Program-made: the position numbers and the translations under genes
The notes under the pieces: generated by a model
Databases searched by the model: none
What the model was told of the DNA's origin: nothing
The model's input: only the letters and a program-made list of their open reading frames with translations
Origin: a virus
IMG/VR virus record: IMGVR_UViG_3300038428_000280
Span: 1-64,000 of that record
DNA length: 64,000 nt
Strand: one strand, 5' to 3'
In this document: one piece after another, positions 54,534-64,000 of the stretch
How positions within the stretch are numbered: position 1 is the stretch's first letter
How the letters are laid out: each line of letters opens with the position of its first letter

Positions 54534-55235
54534 ATGAAAATACACGTCAAAGATTCAAAAGATTTAATTATACCTCAAGCCGCCACTCCACAATCCTCAG
54601 GCTATGATGTTATAGCCTTGGAAGACCCCAAAATTATAGGAGAACAGGATGGGGCAAATATTTGGAAATCAATAGATTACATAGAATACAAAACAGGATT
54701 GTTTATTGCTCCACAGCAGGAAATGGCAGCAGTATTTATAAGTTCCCACATTCAAAATTACCACACACTTATTTTTCCCCGTTCAAGTGTAAGAAAATAT
54801 AATTTGGTTTTGGCAAATAGCATTGGATTGATTGATAATGATTACAGAGGCGAATTGATTTTGTGTTTTAAATACATATGGCAACCGGATGATATGTTTC
54901 CATGCGTCGTTCCACTTGATGATGTCACGGGAAGAAAAACCTTGAGAGGACAAATCAATATAGATAAAATCTACAAGAAAGGGGACAAAATCGGTCAAGT
55001 TGTAGCCGAAGTCACCAATCCCATTGATTGGATGGTGGTGGCAGATTTAACAACTACCACAAGAGGAACGGGTGGGTTTGGTAGCACGACATCAACCATT
55101 ACAGAAAAAAAAATTGAATCGCCGAAAGAAGCTAGTAATTTAATTGACAAATGGAAGAAAACAGGAGCGTCGGAAATTCCCACTCCACAAAAATACGAAT
55201 CAATAATTAAGGAAAGAGAGAAAAAAATCGTATAA
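54534..55235 (+). CDS. dut: Trimeric dUTPase
   Basis: SSGYDV, PRSS, NSIGLIDNDYRGE, GDKIGQ and RGTGGFGST motifs. Confidence 0.93.
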   Translation: MKIHVKDSKDLIIPQAATPQSSGYDVIALEDPKIIGEQDGANIWKSIDYIEYKTGLFIAPQQEMAAVFISSHIQNYHTLIFPRSSVRKYNLVLANSIGLIDNDYRGELILCFKYIWQPDDMFPCVVPLDDVTGRKTLRGQINIDKIYKKGDKIGQVVAEVTNPIDWMVVADLTTTTRGTGGFGSTTSTITEKKIESPKEASNLIDKWKKTGASEIPTPQKYESIIKEREKKIV

Positions 55236-55454
55236 ATGAAAAAAATTATTGTACCCAAAGTTAACGAAGAATCAAAATTTTTCTGTGACCATCATCCTGA
55301 CAGAGAATGCTTCGGCCAATTAAAAATGAATTTTTGGTATGGAAGCCAACATGATATGACAGAAATTGAAATTCATTTATGTGATGAATGCGCAGATGAA
55401 TTGATTAACGAATTTAAAAATAAATTTGGAGCAAAAATAATAGATTCATTTTAA
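55236..55454 (+). CDS. Hypothetical protein
   Basis: CDHH..FWYGS.HD..HLCDEC. Confidence 0.6.
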   Translation: MKKIIVPKVNEESKFFCDHHPDRECFGQLKMNFWYGSQHDMTEIEIHLCDECADELINEFKNKFGAKIIDSF

Positions 55455-55474
55455 AAGAATCAAGAATAAATGAT

Positions 55475-56890
55475 ATGAGTAAACCATTGTGTATATTTCA
55501 GAGTCCGATGTGGACTCGTAGCGGATATGGCGATTTGGGAATGGCATTAGCCAAAAGTTTGTTGCGATATGACAAATATGACCTGATGATTGTTCCTACT
55601 CGTTGGGGTGGATGTAGTCGAAAATATTTGGAATCCGATATGACCGACCCCATAGAACAGGAATTATACAAAAGAATTGTCCGACAGCCCGTAAACAGGC
55701 AACCGGAATTGTTTATTCAATGTTCGATTCCCAACGAATTTCAACCACCCGCAAAATACAACATCGGCATCACTGCAGGTATAGAAACAACCGTGGCTAG
55801 ACCGGATTGGATTGAAGGCTTGAATCGAATGAACTTGAATCTTGTCACTTCAAATCATGCCAAAAAAGTGTTTGTGGAAGCCTCTTACCACAAGCAACCT
55901 GAACCCAATCAACCACCCCCACCTGAATTAAAATCTCTAAAACCTATGGAAGTGTTGTTTTGGGGCGCCGACCTGTCAATTTATGGCAACGACAAATCGT
56001 TTGAGCCAAGGGTTGAAGAAGAATTATATGCGGTCAAGGAAGACTTTTGTTTTCTTTTTGTTGGTCAGTGGACAAGCGGGGGATTGTTCAATGACAGAAA
56101 AGACATAGGAAATCTAATCAAATGCTTTTTGACGACCTTTTCCAATATGGGACTTAAAAAGAAACCAGCCTTGATTATCAAAACAAGTGGTGCAGCCATA
56201 TGCAACATGGACAAGCATGAAATGATTAATCGGCTAAAAGCAGTCAAAGGCATGGTGGCACAGGAAAGAAAAACCAACGACCTTCCCAATGTTTATATTT
56301 TGTATGGAGAACTGACTGAACCAGAAATGAATGCCCTTTATAATCATCCAAAGATTAAAGCACACATTTCCTTCACTCATGGTGAAGGTTTTGGTCATCC
56401 ATTATTACTTTCAACGTTAAGTGGTAAACCGCTGTTGGTTTCCAATTGGAGTGGTCATTTGGATTTTCTTGACCCAAAACTTTGTAAATTGTTACATGGT
56501 GATGTGAAACCACTTCCGTCTGATTGTGTCAATGAATGGTTGATTAAGGAGTCTTCATGGTTCACCGTGGATTACAATAAGGCAATGGAATCGATGAAAA
56601 ATTGTTTTCATTTTTACAGGCCACATCTTGAATTGGCAGAAGTTTTACGTAAAAGAAATGTCGAACAATTTTCCCTTCAAGCTATGGACAAAAGGTTTCA
56701 CGGTCTTTTGGATCAATATGTTCCCAAATTTGCTACCGAAACCAAATTGGTTCTACCCAAATTAAAAAGAGTAGTAAAAGATGCAGTCACAGGTGAATTG
56801 AGACCACCTACATGTAGTTATGCATCAACCTCTTCAGCGGAAACAAGTTCTAATAGCAGCAGTAGTAGTAATGTAACAAGTTCGGCATGA
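55475..56890 (+). CDS. GT4-family glycosyltransferase
   Basis: TRSGYG, GITAGIET, RKDIG and THGEGFGHPLL motifs. Confidence 0.88.
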   Translation: MSKPLCIFQSPMWTRSGYGDLGMALAKSLLRYDKYDLMIVPTRWGGCSRKYLESDMTDPIEQELYKRIVRQPVNRQPELFIQCSIPNEFQPPAKYNIGITAGIETTVARPDWIEGLNRMNLNLVTSNHAKKVFVEASYHKQPEPNQPPPPELKSLKPMEVLFWGADLSIYGNDKSFEPRVEEELYAVKEDFCFLFVGQWTSGGLFNDRKDIGNLIKCFLTTFSNMGLKKKPALIIKTSGAAICNMDKHEMINRLKAVKGMVAQERKTNDLPNVYILYGELTEPEMNALYNHPKIKAHISFTHGEGFGHPLLLSTLSGKPLLVSNWSGHLDFLDPKLCKLLHGDVKPLPSDCVNEWLIKESSWFTVDYNKAMESMKNCFHFYRPHLELAEVLRKRNVEQFSLQAMDKRFHGLLDQYVPKFATETKLVLPKLKRVVKDAVTGELRPPTCSYASTSSAETSSNSSSSSNVTSSA

Positions 56891-57843
56891 AAATTTCCTA
56901 TTTAATCACCGTTCACAATGAAACCGATACCTTAATCAAGCTTTTAGAACGATTGATAAACAACAAGTTTGATGAAGATGAAATGGTTGTGCTGGATGAT
57001 TTTTCAGACAATGCAGAAACGAAAAAAATTCTAACCCAAGCATCTGAAAAAATATCTATTTTCCAACACGCACTAAACAATGATTACGGTTCACATAAAA
57101 ATTTTGGTAATTCCAAATGTTTAGGCGATTGGATCTTTCAAATCGACGCGGATGAATTACCGTCTGAAACTTTGATTTTTAATATCAGAGATATTATATC
57201 GACGAATTTGAATGTTGAATTAATATACGTTTCAAGGATAAATGACTTTAAAGGTGTCACGGATGCTCATGCTAAACAATGGGGATGGAAACTTACTCCA
57301 TCACCATCTTGTAGTAACAGACCTATAGTAAATTGGCCGGATTATCAAAGCCGAATTTATAAGAGGATTCCAGACAGAATAAAATGGGATAGAAGATTGC
57401 ATGAAACCATTACTGGTCATAATGAATATGCGTTTCTACCTAAAGAAGAAGATTTAGCATTATACCATGATAAAACTATAGAAAAACAGATAGAAACCAA
57501 TTTAAAATATAACAAATTATTCACTTATGAAGAAAATATAGGCCATACAATTGGCGACTCTAAACCTAGAATATTGACGTTCTATTGGAATGTCAATGAC
57601 TTAAAAGAATATGGCACTTTACCAAAAATAGGTGATATATTAAATAATCATTCATCGTGGAAAAGATTATGGGAAATGTATTTTAAACAAGATTTTATGA
57701 AAGAAAATGATGTATTCAAAGTAGTTGAAATTATAGACTTGAGAACTATATCAGAGGAACAAATAAAAAATATACAAATGAAATACAATATCAATATAAA
57801 TAAAAACATGACGCATCTTCTAAGAGTGACACAAAACAAATAA
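56887..57843 (+). CDS. GT2-family glycosyltransferase
   Basis: ISYLITVHNE, LDDFS, WIFQIDADE and WPDYQ.R..HE motifs. Confidence 0.87.
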   Translation: MKISYLITVHNETDTLIKLLERLINNKFDEDEMVVLDDFSDNAETKKILTQASEKISIFQHALNNDYGSHKNFGNSKCLGDWIFQIDADELPSETLIFNIRDIISTNLNVELIYVSRINDFKGVTDAHAKQWGWKLTPSPSCSNRPIVNWPDYQSRIYKRIPDRIKWDRRLHETITGHNEYAFLPKEEDLALYHDKTIEKQIETNLKYNKLFTYEENIGHTIGDSKPRILTFYWNVNDLKEYGTLPKIGDILNNHSSWKRLWEMYFKQDFMKENDVFKVVEIIDLRTISEEQIKNIQMKYNININKNMTHLLRVTQNK

Positions 57844-57844
57844 T

Positions 57845-58444
57845 ATGAGTGAATGGAAAATTAAAAGGCAAGCCTACAGACCTTCGGTAAAACCGATTCA
57901 AAACAAGGAAAAAACGCTTAAGGAAATTTATGACGAGGTTTTGTTGTTGGGTTTTAACACTGACAAGGGTACGACTCATAGTTATATAGACACTTATTCA
58001 ACCTTGTTTGAACCTTATCGAAATGAACCAATCAATTTTTTGGAAATCGGAGCCGATTTTGGATATAGTCTTGCTTTATGGCGAGCCTATTTTGAAAAGG
58101 CAAACATTTATGGCATAGATAATAGGGATGTATTGCAATACGATGAGGATGTAAAAGTGACATTTTATGATGCCAATGACGCATCCATCATAAACAAATT
58201 TTATTCTGACATAGAATTTGATATAGTCGTGGATGATGCAAGCCACGAAGTTAATTATCAAGCCATGCGATTTCCAATTTATTTTCCAAAAATAAAAAAG
58301 GGTGGCATCTATGTCATAGAGGATGTTCAAGCCTTGGATACGGAAGGTCAACTATTAAAAAATCTTGACCCTAGTGCAGAAATAATAGACCTTAGAAAAG
58401 TAAAAGACAGATATGATGATGTATTGGTGATATACAGGAAATAA
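57845..58444 (+). CDS. Class I SAM-dependent (sugar O-) methyltransferase
   Basis: TDKGTTHSY, LEIG, DIVVDDASH and GGIYVIEDV motifs. Confidence 0.82.
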   Translation: MSEWKIKRQAYRPSVKPIQNKEKTLKEIYDEVLLLGFNTDKGTTHSYIDTYSTLFEPYRNEPINFLEIGADFGYSLALWRAYFEKANIYGIDNRDVLQYDEDVKVTFYDANDASIINKFYSDIEFDIVVDDASHEVNYQAMRFPIYFPKIKKGGIYVIEDVQALDTEGQLLKNLDPSAEIIDLRKVKDRYDDVLVIYRK

Positions 58445-58448
58445 ATTA

Positions 58449-59681
58449 ATGAAAGATTACAAACAATTAGATAAATGCCCAATAAGTCATTCCAAAAAAA
58501 GTATCACTTACTTTGATTTTGGAATGATTCCCTTGGTGAATAATCTAAACGACACCCAATCAGAGTCATTATCATGTCCAACTTATCCCTTAATTCTCAA
58601 TTACTATCCCCAAAGTAAATTATCAATGTTGTCTGTAGCTATTGACCCAAAATTATTATTTGACCATTATGTTTACAAATCAGGCACAAACAAACCATAC
58701 ATCGAACATTGTAAAAACATGTATGATTATCTGTCAAAATTTGTCACTATCAGACATGACGATACAGTTGTAGATATAGGTGGAAATGACGGAACACTTT
58801 TAAAAACATTTGTTGAAAAATCCAAGGTAAAAATCTCGCCCATTAACATTGACCCAAGTGAAAATTTAAGTGAGATAAGCAAAAATAATGGTATTTCTAC
58901 CTTAACCAAAAGATGGACTTATGGTTTGGCAAGTTCACCCTCTTTTGCAAGACAATGCAAAGTAATCACATCCACCAATGTATTTCAACACGTTGAAGAC
59001 ATAGGCGATTTTGCTTCGGGTGTTCATAACGCATTGACCAATGACGGTGTATGGTGTTTGGAATTTCCATATTGGAAAAAAGATTTGGAAACCATTCAAT
59101 ATGACCAAGTATATCACGAACACATATACTATTATTTGTTGACGCCCCTTAATGACCTCTTTTCACAAAAAGGATTGGAAATTATAGATGTGTCCGAACA
59201 AACCATTCACTGTGGAAGTCTTAGAATCATCAGTAGAATCGGAAGAAACAGAATGCCCAATCCTGCCGTGTCAAAATTCATAAAGGAAGAATTGATATTT
59301 GATGAGAATTTTTACACCAATTGGAGAGAAAAAGTCAAAACCCACATATTCGACAGCCGAACAATGTTACTTGACCTTAAAAAATCAGGTAAGAAAATAG
59401 CCGCATTTGGTGCAGCCGCCAAAGGATGTCTTTTTTTAAACGCGACCAATATAAACCACAAAACCATAGATTACATTGTTGATGATACGGACACCAAACA
59501 AAATAAATTTATGCCGGGTGTGGGAATACAAATAGTTGATAGAAACCGACTAATCAAAGACCCTCCTGATTACATCGTAATTCTTGCCCATAATTTTGCT
59601 GATTACATCACCGAATCTTTGCGGCCCATTTACAAGGGCAAGTTTATCAATATGTTTCCACAACCGACAATTTATGAATAA
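58449..59681 (+). CDS. NDP-sugar C-methyltransferase-like protein
   Basis: PLVN, LFDHYVYKSG, DIGGNDGTLL, YDQVYHEH..Y, HCGSLR, FGAAAKG and LAHNF motifs. Confidence 0.88.
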   Translation: MKDYKQLDKCPISHSKKSITYFDFGMIPLVNNLNDTQSESLSCPTYPLILNYYPQSKLSMLSVAIDPKLLFDHYVYKSGTNKPYIEHCKNMYDYLSKFVTIRHDDTVVDIGGNDGTLLKTFVEKSKVKISPINIDPSENLSEISKNNGISTLTKRWTYGLASSPSFARQCKVITSTNVFQHVEDIGDFASGVHNALTNDGVWCLEFPYWKKDLETIQYDQVYHEHIYYYLLTPLNDLFSQKGLEIIDVSEQTIHCGSLRIISRIGRNRMPNPAVSKFIKEELIFDENFYTNWREKVKTHIFDSRTMLLDLKKSGKKIAAFGAAAKGCLFLNATNINHKTIDYIVDDTDTKQNKFMPGVGIQIVDRNRLIKDPPDYIVILAHNFADYITESLRPIYKGKFINMFPQPTIYE

Positions 59682-60411
59682 AAGTTTGGTAGCCATTCTA
59701 CATTACAATACCATAAGTTATACCGATGCGTTGTATGAAATGTTAAAACCATATGAACATAATGATTATGATTTGGTTGTCATAAATAACGGTAGTGATG
59801 CAGGTAAAATAAGTAAATACACCACTTATAGTTCGGATATTAACACAGGTTACGGTGGTGGGCTGGATATGTCCCTGAAATTGTTTATTGACAGCCCGGA
59901 ATATGATTCGTTCACTCTTTTAAATTCAGATTTGATTATTCACGGATACAATTTCATTAGCACGTTAAGAAAATTACTTTTCTCAAACGAAACTTTGATG
60001 CTTGTATCTCCATGTGTAATACAACCGATACCCAATCAATGTTTTTGGAAACAAATGCACTGTTGGAATGCCACCGAATTGAGATATGTTCCATTTGTTG
60101 ATTTTCAGTGTGCATTGATGAAAAGAAAATTGGCGGAAAAAATTGGCGAATTTGGAAGTCATTATGGGTGGGTTCAGGATTTGATGACCGGCATTATTTG
60201 TGAGGATAACCAATGGAAAATCGCCGTTTGTGATTGGACACCAATTGTTCACATAGGAAATGCTACCGTTAAGGAAAATCCCCATCTGTCAAATTACAAT
60301 ATATTAGCGCAACAAGAAATGGACCAATATTTTATTGACAGAAATCTTGTAGAACGGGCTAATCAACTAAAATTAAAATCCATAAATTACAATTATGCAA
60401 CTCACACATAA
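59674..60411 (+). CDS. GT2-like glycosyltransferase
   Basis: AILHYN, INNGSD, NTGYGGG and LLNSD motifs; start moved to ATG 59674. Confidence 0.78.
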   Translation: MNKSLVAILHYNTISYTDALYEMLKPYEHNDYDLVVINNGSDAGKISKYTTYSSDINTGYGGGLDMSLKLFIDSPEYDSFTLLNSDLIIHGYNFISTLRKLLFSNETLMLVSPCVIQPIPNQCFWKQMHCWNATELRYVPFVDFQCALMKRKLAEKIGEFGSHYGWVQDLMTGIICEDNQWKIAVCDWTPIVHIGNATVKENPHLSNYNILAQQEMDQYFIDRNLVERANQLKLKSINYNYATHT

Positions 60412-61222
60412 AATAGTTCTATATTGTAAATCATTTAGTGGAGATGTCCACCGATGTAAAATTCTTCTTGATTCTGTACTCAAGCACAACAAGGATAACA
60501 TACCATTTTACATTTCGGTACCTTTGGAAGACATGCATTTGTTCAGTTCCATGTTCCCCAATGAAGTGCCTATCATATGCGATAATGATATAATCAAAAA
60601 TAATTTAGCTCAAAGTTGGAAAAATCAACAGATTGTCAAGATGATGTTTTGGAAAACGGGTCTTGCAGAAAATTATGTGGTGTTGGATTCTGATTCCTAT
60701 TTCATTAAAGATTTCCACATGAAAGATTTTTTGGTTAATTACGAAACACCACTCGATGATGCTATTCCATATACAGTAATGCACGAACAAAAAGACCTGT
60801 TTCAATGGACAGCAAAATACAAGGGCATTCTTGGCTTTGACCCACAACAATCATTTGCTGAATGTAGGCAACCAATCATGGATTTGTTTGACAGAAAGGG
60901 CAGACTCTATGATTTTGGGCCTGTACCTGTCATTTGGTCTTCAAAAGTTTGGCAAAGTTTGGAAGAAGAATATATTAAACCAAATAACTTGACTTTTGAG
61001 GGGATAATTAATACAATATCCAGCGAATTTACTTGGTATGGAGAATGGTTACTAATAAAAAAACCAATAGAACTATGGCCCATCGAACCCATGTTCAAAG
61101 TATTTCACTATAAATTGGAATACGAACAATTAAAAGCAATGGGATACACCGAAGAGCATTGGGCACAAAATTATTTGGGTGTAGTAATGCAATCTTCATC
61201 GGGATTACCAATTAAGTATTAA
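60395..61222 (+). CDS. GT-A-like protein (DUF6492-like)
   Basis: W..QQIVK, VLDSDSYF and SEFTWYG motifs. Confidence 0.7.
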   Translation: MQLTHKIVLYCKSFSGDVHRCKILLDSVLKHNKDNIPFYISVPLEDMHLFSSMFPNEVPIICDNDIIKNNLAQSWKNQQIVKMMFWKTGLAENYVVLDSDSYFIKDFHMKDFLVNYETPLDDAIPYTVMHEQKDLFQWTAKYKGILGFDPQQSFAECRQPIMDLFDRKGRLYDFGPVPVIWSSKVWQSLEEEYIKPNNLTFEGIINTISSEFTWYGEWLLIKKPIELWPIEPMFKVFHYKLEYEQLKAMGYTEEHWAQNYLGVVMQSSSGLPIKY

Positions 61223-61227
61223 ATATT

Positions 61228-61401
61228 ATGGAAACAATTACAAGAAGTCGAACTTTAAAATGCAAAAAATGTAAAGCAGAAAACGAATATTATGTTGTTG
61301 TTCGACCCGATGATTTTGTTCCTCTAAAAGTTTTTATATGTTGGTATTGTAAAGCAAAAAATACAATCAATGCAGAAACAGGAGAATATTATACATCTTA
61401 A
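61228..61401 (+). CDS. Small zinc-ribbon protein (57 aa)
   Basis: CKKCKAEN and CWYCKAKN; not in ORF track. Confidence 0.6.
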   Translation: METITRSRTLKCKKCKAENEYYVVVRPDDFVPLKVFICWYCKAKNTINAETGEYYTS

Positions 61402-61402
61402 T

Positions 61403-62272
61403 ATGGAAAATCCAATTACATTTTGTATATCAACATTCAACAATTTGAATTATCTCAAATTGGCGGTTAAGTCTGTAAGGAAATACTCTTATTTCAAGAA
61501 TGCTCCGTTTATTGTTTATTCAGAAAATTCCACGGATGGAACAAATGAATGGATTATAAATGAAGGAAAAAACATTCATCACATTGAACCGTATATTGAA
61601 AACAACATAATTACCAAAGGTATCGGCGGCGGCATGAATTTTTGCGCCAATAAGGTGAAGACCCCGTGGATTATGTTTCTTCATGCTGATTTCTTTGTAT
61701 CAAAAGATTGGGATATAAATGCTTTAAGAATTGCTGACAAAAACGGCGACATTCCTATTTGGGTATCCAGCTATAGAATTCAACCAAACATCTTTCATGA
61801 AGAAAGCAGGCCGGGCACCCTCGTCGTTCCCCCGGAAGAATTTGGCGAATACTATCACAACTTTGATGAAGAACATTTCATCAACTATGCAGAACAATTC
61901 TCAGCACTCAATGACACGGAAATAAGAAAGGGTGAAGGAGTGTCAGGATTGATAAGAAAAAGAGATTGGGATGCGGTGGGAGGAAATGATGATTTGTTTG
62001 CTCCTGCTTATTATGAAGATTATGACCTGTTTGTTCGTATGCAGTTAGCAGGGTATAAATTCGTGTTAACTGCTAGGTCGGTGGTCTATCATTTTGGTTC
62101 AAGGGCTAGCAGATTTCCGGATGACAATTTAACTCAAAGAAAACCGGAACTAGCCAACCATGAAAGAAACGGATTTCAAAAATGGATGAAAAAATGGGGC
62201 CAACCACCACAATTCGATAATGAAGGATTTATCATTCCAATTCAAGGAACAAACAATCCTATAAAAGTATAA
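61403..62272 (+). CDS. GT2-family glycosyltransferase
   Basis: ISTFNNLNYL, STDGT, FLHAD, VGGND..F.P.YYEDYD and VYHFGS motifs. Confidence 0.87.
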   Translation: MENPITFCISTFNNLNYLKLAVKSVRKYSYFKNAPFIVYSENSTDGTNEWIINEGKNIHHIEPYIENNIITKGIGGGMNFCANKVKTPWIMFLHADFFVSKDWDINALRIADKNGDIPIWVSSYRIQPNIFHEESRPGTLVVPPEEFGEYYHNFDEEHFINYAEQFSALNDTEIRKGEGVSGLIRKRDWDAVGGNDDLFAPAYYEDYDLFVRMQLAGYKFVLTARSVVYHFGSRASRFPDDNLTQRKPELANHERNGFQKWMKKWGQPPQFDNEGFIIPIQGTNNPIKV

Positions 62273-62277
62273 AATAC

Positions 62278-63621
62278 ATGCCGATTGTAAATTTCATAAG
62301 ATTAAACGAACCTTGGCGTGCCGACCCTTATTCGGACCCCAACTTGGGTATGCTTTATGTCATTGCTACCATGAGAAATCTTAAAATAAACGGTGAGCCT
62401 GTTCACGTTACTTTTACCGATATGGCGCATGAAAAGGAAATTTCATCTGCTGATGTGTTTGCACTATCTTCCTGTACTTTGGATTATCCTGAAACTGTCA
62501 GGATTGCTCAACGGATAAAAGACACATACAATAAACCCATTATTGTTGGTGGTCCACATTTTGATGCGATTTCTGAAATTGATTGGAAACAGGAATTGCC
62601 GAATATTCCAATCAATTACATTTGCCGGGGTGAAGGAGAAACCACCATTGAAGAAGCATTACAAAAGTCCCTGTCCAACCCCACGGAAAAGGCTATCATT
62701 ACACAAAAAGTTCCGTTACTTGATTTGGACACCGTTCCATTACCGGCAATAGATGTCTTGGATAAGGAAAAATATTTTAAGGAAGGTAGAGCCTTTGCCG
62801 GTAATATATTTAAAAAAGGAAATTCTGCCACAATGATGACAAGTCGGGGATGCCCATTTTTATGCAGTTTTTGCGCTTCTCCAGCACTGCACCATAAACG
62901 AGTCAGATTTAGAACCATAGAAAATATCAGAATGGAATTGGAGCTTCTTCAAAGAGATTACAATGTAACAGAAATCAGGTTTCAAGATGATTGTTTTACC
63001 ATCAATGACAGACGCTTTGAAGAGTTGACAGATTTATTGGAACACTCTCAAATTAATTACCGCTGCTCGATGAGAGTGGACCAAGTGGAGGACAAAACCC
63101 TTAAAAATTTATGGCGTGGTGGTTGCAGGGAAGTGGGATTTGGCATAGAATCAGCCGAAGACCATGTATTAAAACTCTTGAACAAAAAAACCACGGTGGA
63201 TTTAAACCGCAAAGGAATTTTTAAAACCAAAGAAGCAGGATTTCGAACAAGAGCTTTTATGATGACAGGACTTCCGGGCGAAACAAAAGATTCAGCCAAA
63301 GCAATGATCGATTTTCTTGAAGAAACCCAACCGGACGTGGTAACACTCACGTCATTCATGCCCTTGCCGGGTTCAGACATATACAACCATCCTGAAAAAT
63401 ATGGTGTTACCATTTTGGATAGAGATTGGAAAAACTATGATATTTCCATAAAATGGCAATCTCAGGTTCCTTTTGTTCATAGAATTTCCACTGCAACCAT
63501 TGAAGAAATGGAAGTCAACCGCGAATTGTTAAAGGAATATCTTTTCAATAAAAAGAAATCCAACATTTCCACCTACAACAAAGAATACACATCTGATGTA
63601 TTACACAAACATACCTTATGA
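62278..63621 (+). CDS. B12-binding radical SAM protein (class B methyltransferase-like)
   Basis: VGGPH, RGEGE, SRGCPFLCSFC, FQDDCFT, GIES and GLPGET motifs. Confidence 0.9.
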   Translation: MPIVNFIRLNEPWRADPYSDPNLGMLYVIATMRNLKINGEPVHVTFTDMAHEKEISSADVFALSSCTLDYPETVRIAQRIKDTYNKPIIVGGPHFDAISEIDWKQELPNIPINYICRGEGETTIEEALQKSLSNPTEKAIITQKVPLLDLDTVPLPAIDVLDKEKYFKEGRAFAGNIFKKGNSATMMTSRGCPFLCSFCASPALHHKRVRFRTIENIRMELELLQRDYNVTEIRFQDDCFTINDRRFEELTDLLEHSQINYRCSMRVDQVEDKTLKNLWRGGCREVGFGIESAEDHVLKLLNKKTTVDLNRKGIFKTKEAGFRTRAFMMTGLPGETKDSAKAMIDFLEETQPDVVTLTSFMPLPGSDIYNHPEKYGVTILDRDWKNYDISIKWQSQVPFVHRISTATIEEMEVNRELLKEYLFNKKKSNISTYNKEYTSDVLHKHTL

Positions 63622-64000
63622 AAGCCGTCATACTTGAAAAAATCAATGCACCTCTTATAGTTGATGAAGTCGAATTAACTCCTCTTGAAGTGGGACAAGT
63701 TTTGGTTAAAGTCCTTACAAGCGGATTATGTGGTTCTCAATTGCTTGAAATTGGTGGACACAAAGGCAATGCCAAATTCGTTCCTCATTTAATGGGACAT
63801 GAAGGTTGTGGTGAAGTGGTGGAAATTGGTGCAGGTGTGACTAGAATGAAACCGGGTGATAGGGTAGTCATGCATTGGATGAAAACAGAGGGAATAGAAT
63901 CCAATTTTCCACATTACAAATATAAAGATAAATTAATCTCAAGTGGTAAAGTAACCACCTTGAATGAATATTCAATAGTATCAGAAAATCGATTGACTGT
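63618..64000 (+). CDS. Zinc-dependent alcohol/polyol dehydrogenase (5' part; runs off window edge)
   Basis: MKAVILEK..GQVLVKV..SGLCGSQ..HLMGHEGCGEVVEIG..KPGDRVV. Confidence 0.88.
   Translation, partial: MKAVILEKINAPLIVDEVELTPLEVGQVLVKVLTSGLCGSQLLEIGGHKGNAKFVPHLMGHEGCGEVVEIGAGVTRMKPGDRVVMHWMKTEGIESNFPHYKYKDKLISSGKVTTLNEYSIVSENRLT

Noticed and set aside
3661-63413. Numerous short opposite-strand ORFs in the track
   Set aside because: They lie antisense to, or out of frame within, well-supported genes and have no recognisable motifs.
1-64000. Alternative genetic code (stop codon reassignment)
   Set aside because: Long conserved genes are intact in code 11. TAA, TGA and TAG all end genes at sensible places, and no suppressor tRNA is present.
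52313-64000. Host LPS locus or prophage boundary
   Set aside because: The cluster is interleaved with phage-type genes (tube paralog, dUTPase, tiny ORFs). There is no visible compositional shift, no transporter or polymerase genes, and no att site or integrase.

Overview
This is a 64-kb fragment of a large, AT-rich, probably lytic tailed dsDNA phage of the jumbo type, using the standard genetic code. No integrase, CRISPR array or rRNA is visible. From left to right: (1) a minus-strand block of early/accessory genes (ThyX, tandem ArgH C-terminal domains, Thg1, pyruvate kinase barrel, vWA, J-domain Ser/Thr kinase, ATP-grasp, radical SAM, AAA ATPase, a TROVE/Ro-like DUF2828-vWA protein preceded by three CAGCAAU hairpins, DUF4338). 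(2) A plus-strand block with six tRNAs, several atypical, interleaved with two structured ncRNA candidates, then an RNA ligase / cyclic-phosphate receiver / polynucleotide kinase repair module. (3) A minus-strand block with Gmd, an SNF2-like helicase, putative internal head proteins and a replication module (clamp loader, sliding clamp, macrodomain, Mom-like enzyme, histone-like protein, and a PolB that appears to start at ATT). (4) A plus-strand Cas4-like nuclease, RHH protein, tail-tube paralog, dUTPase and a large glycosylation/methylation cluster. The best candidate for an undescribed system is the DUF2828/TROVE-like protein with its hairpin RNA array, set within an extensive tRNA supply and repair arsenal. 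All family calls come from motif recognition by eye, not from database searches.
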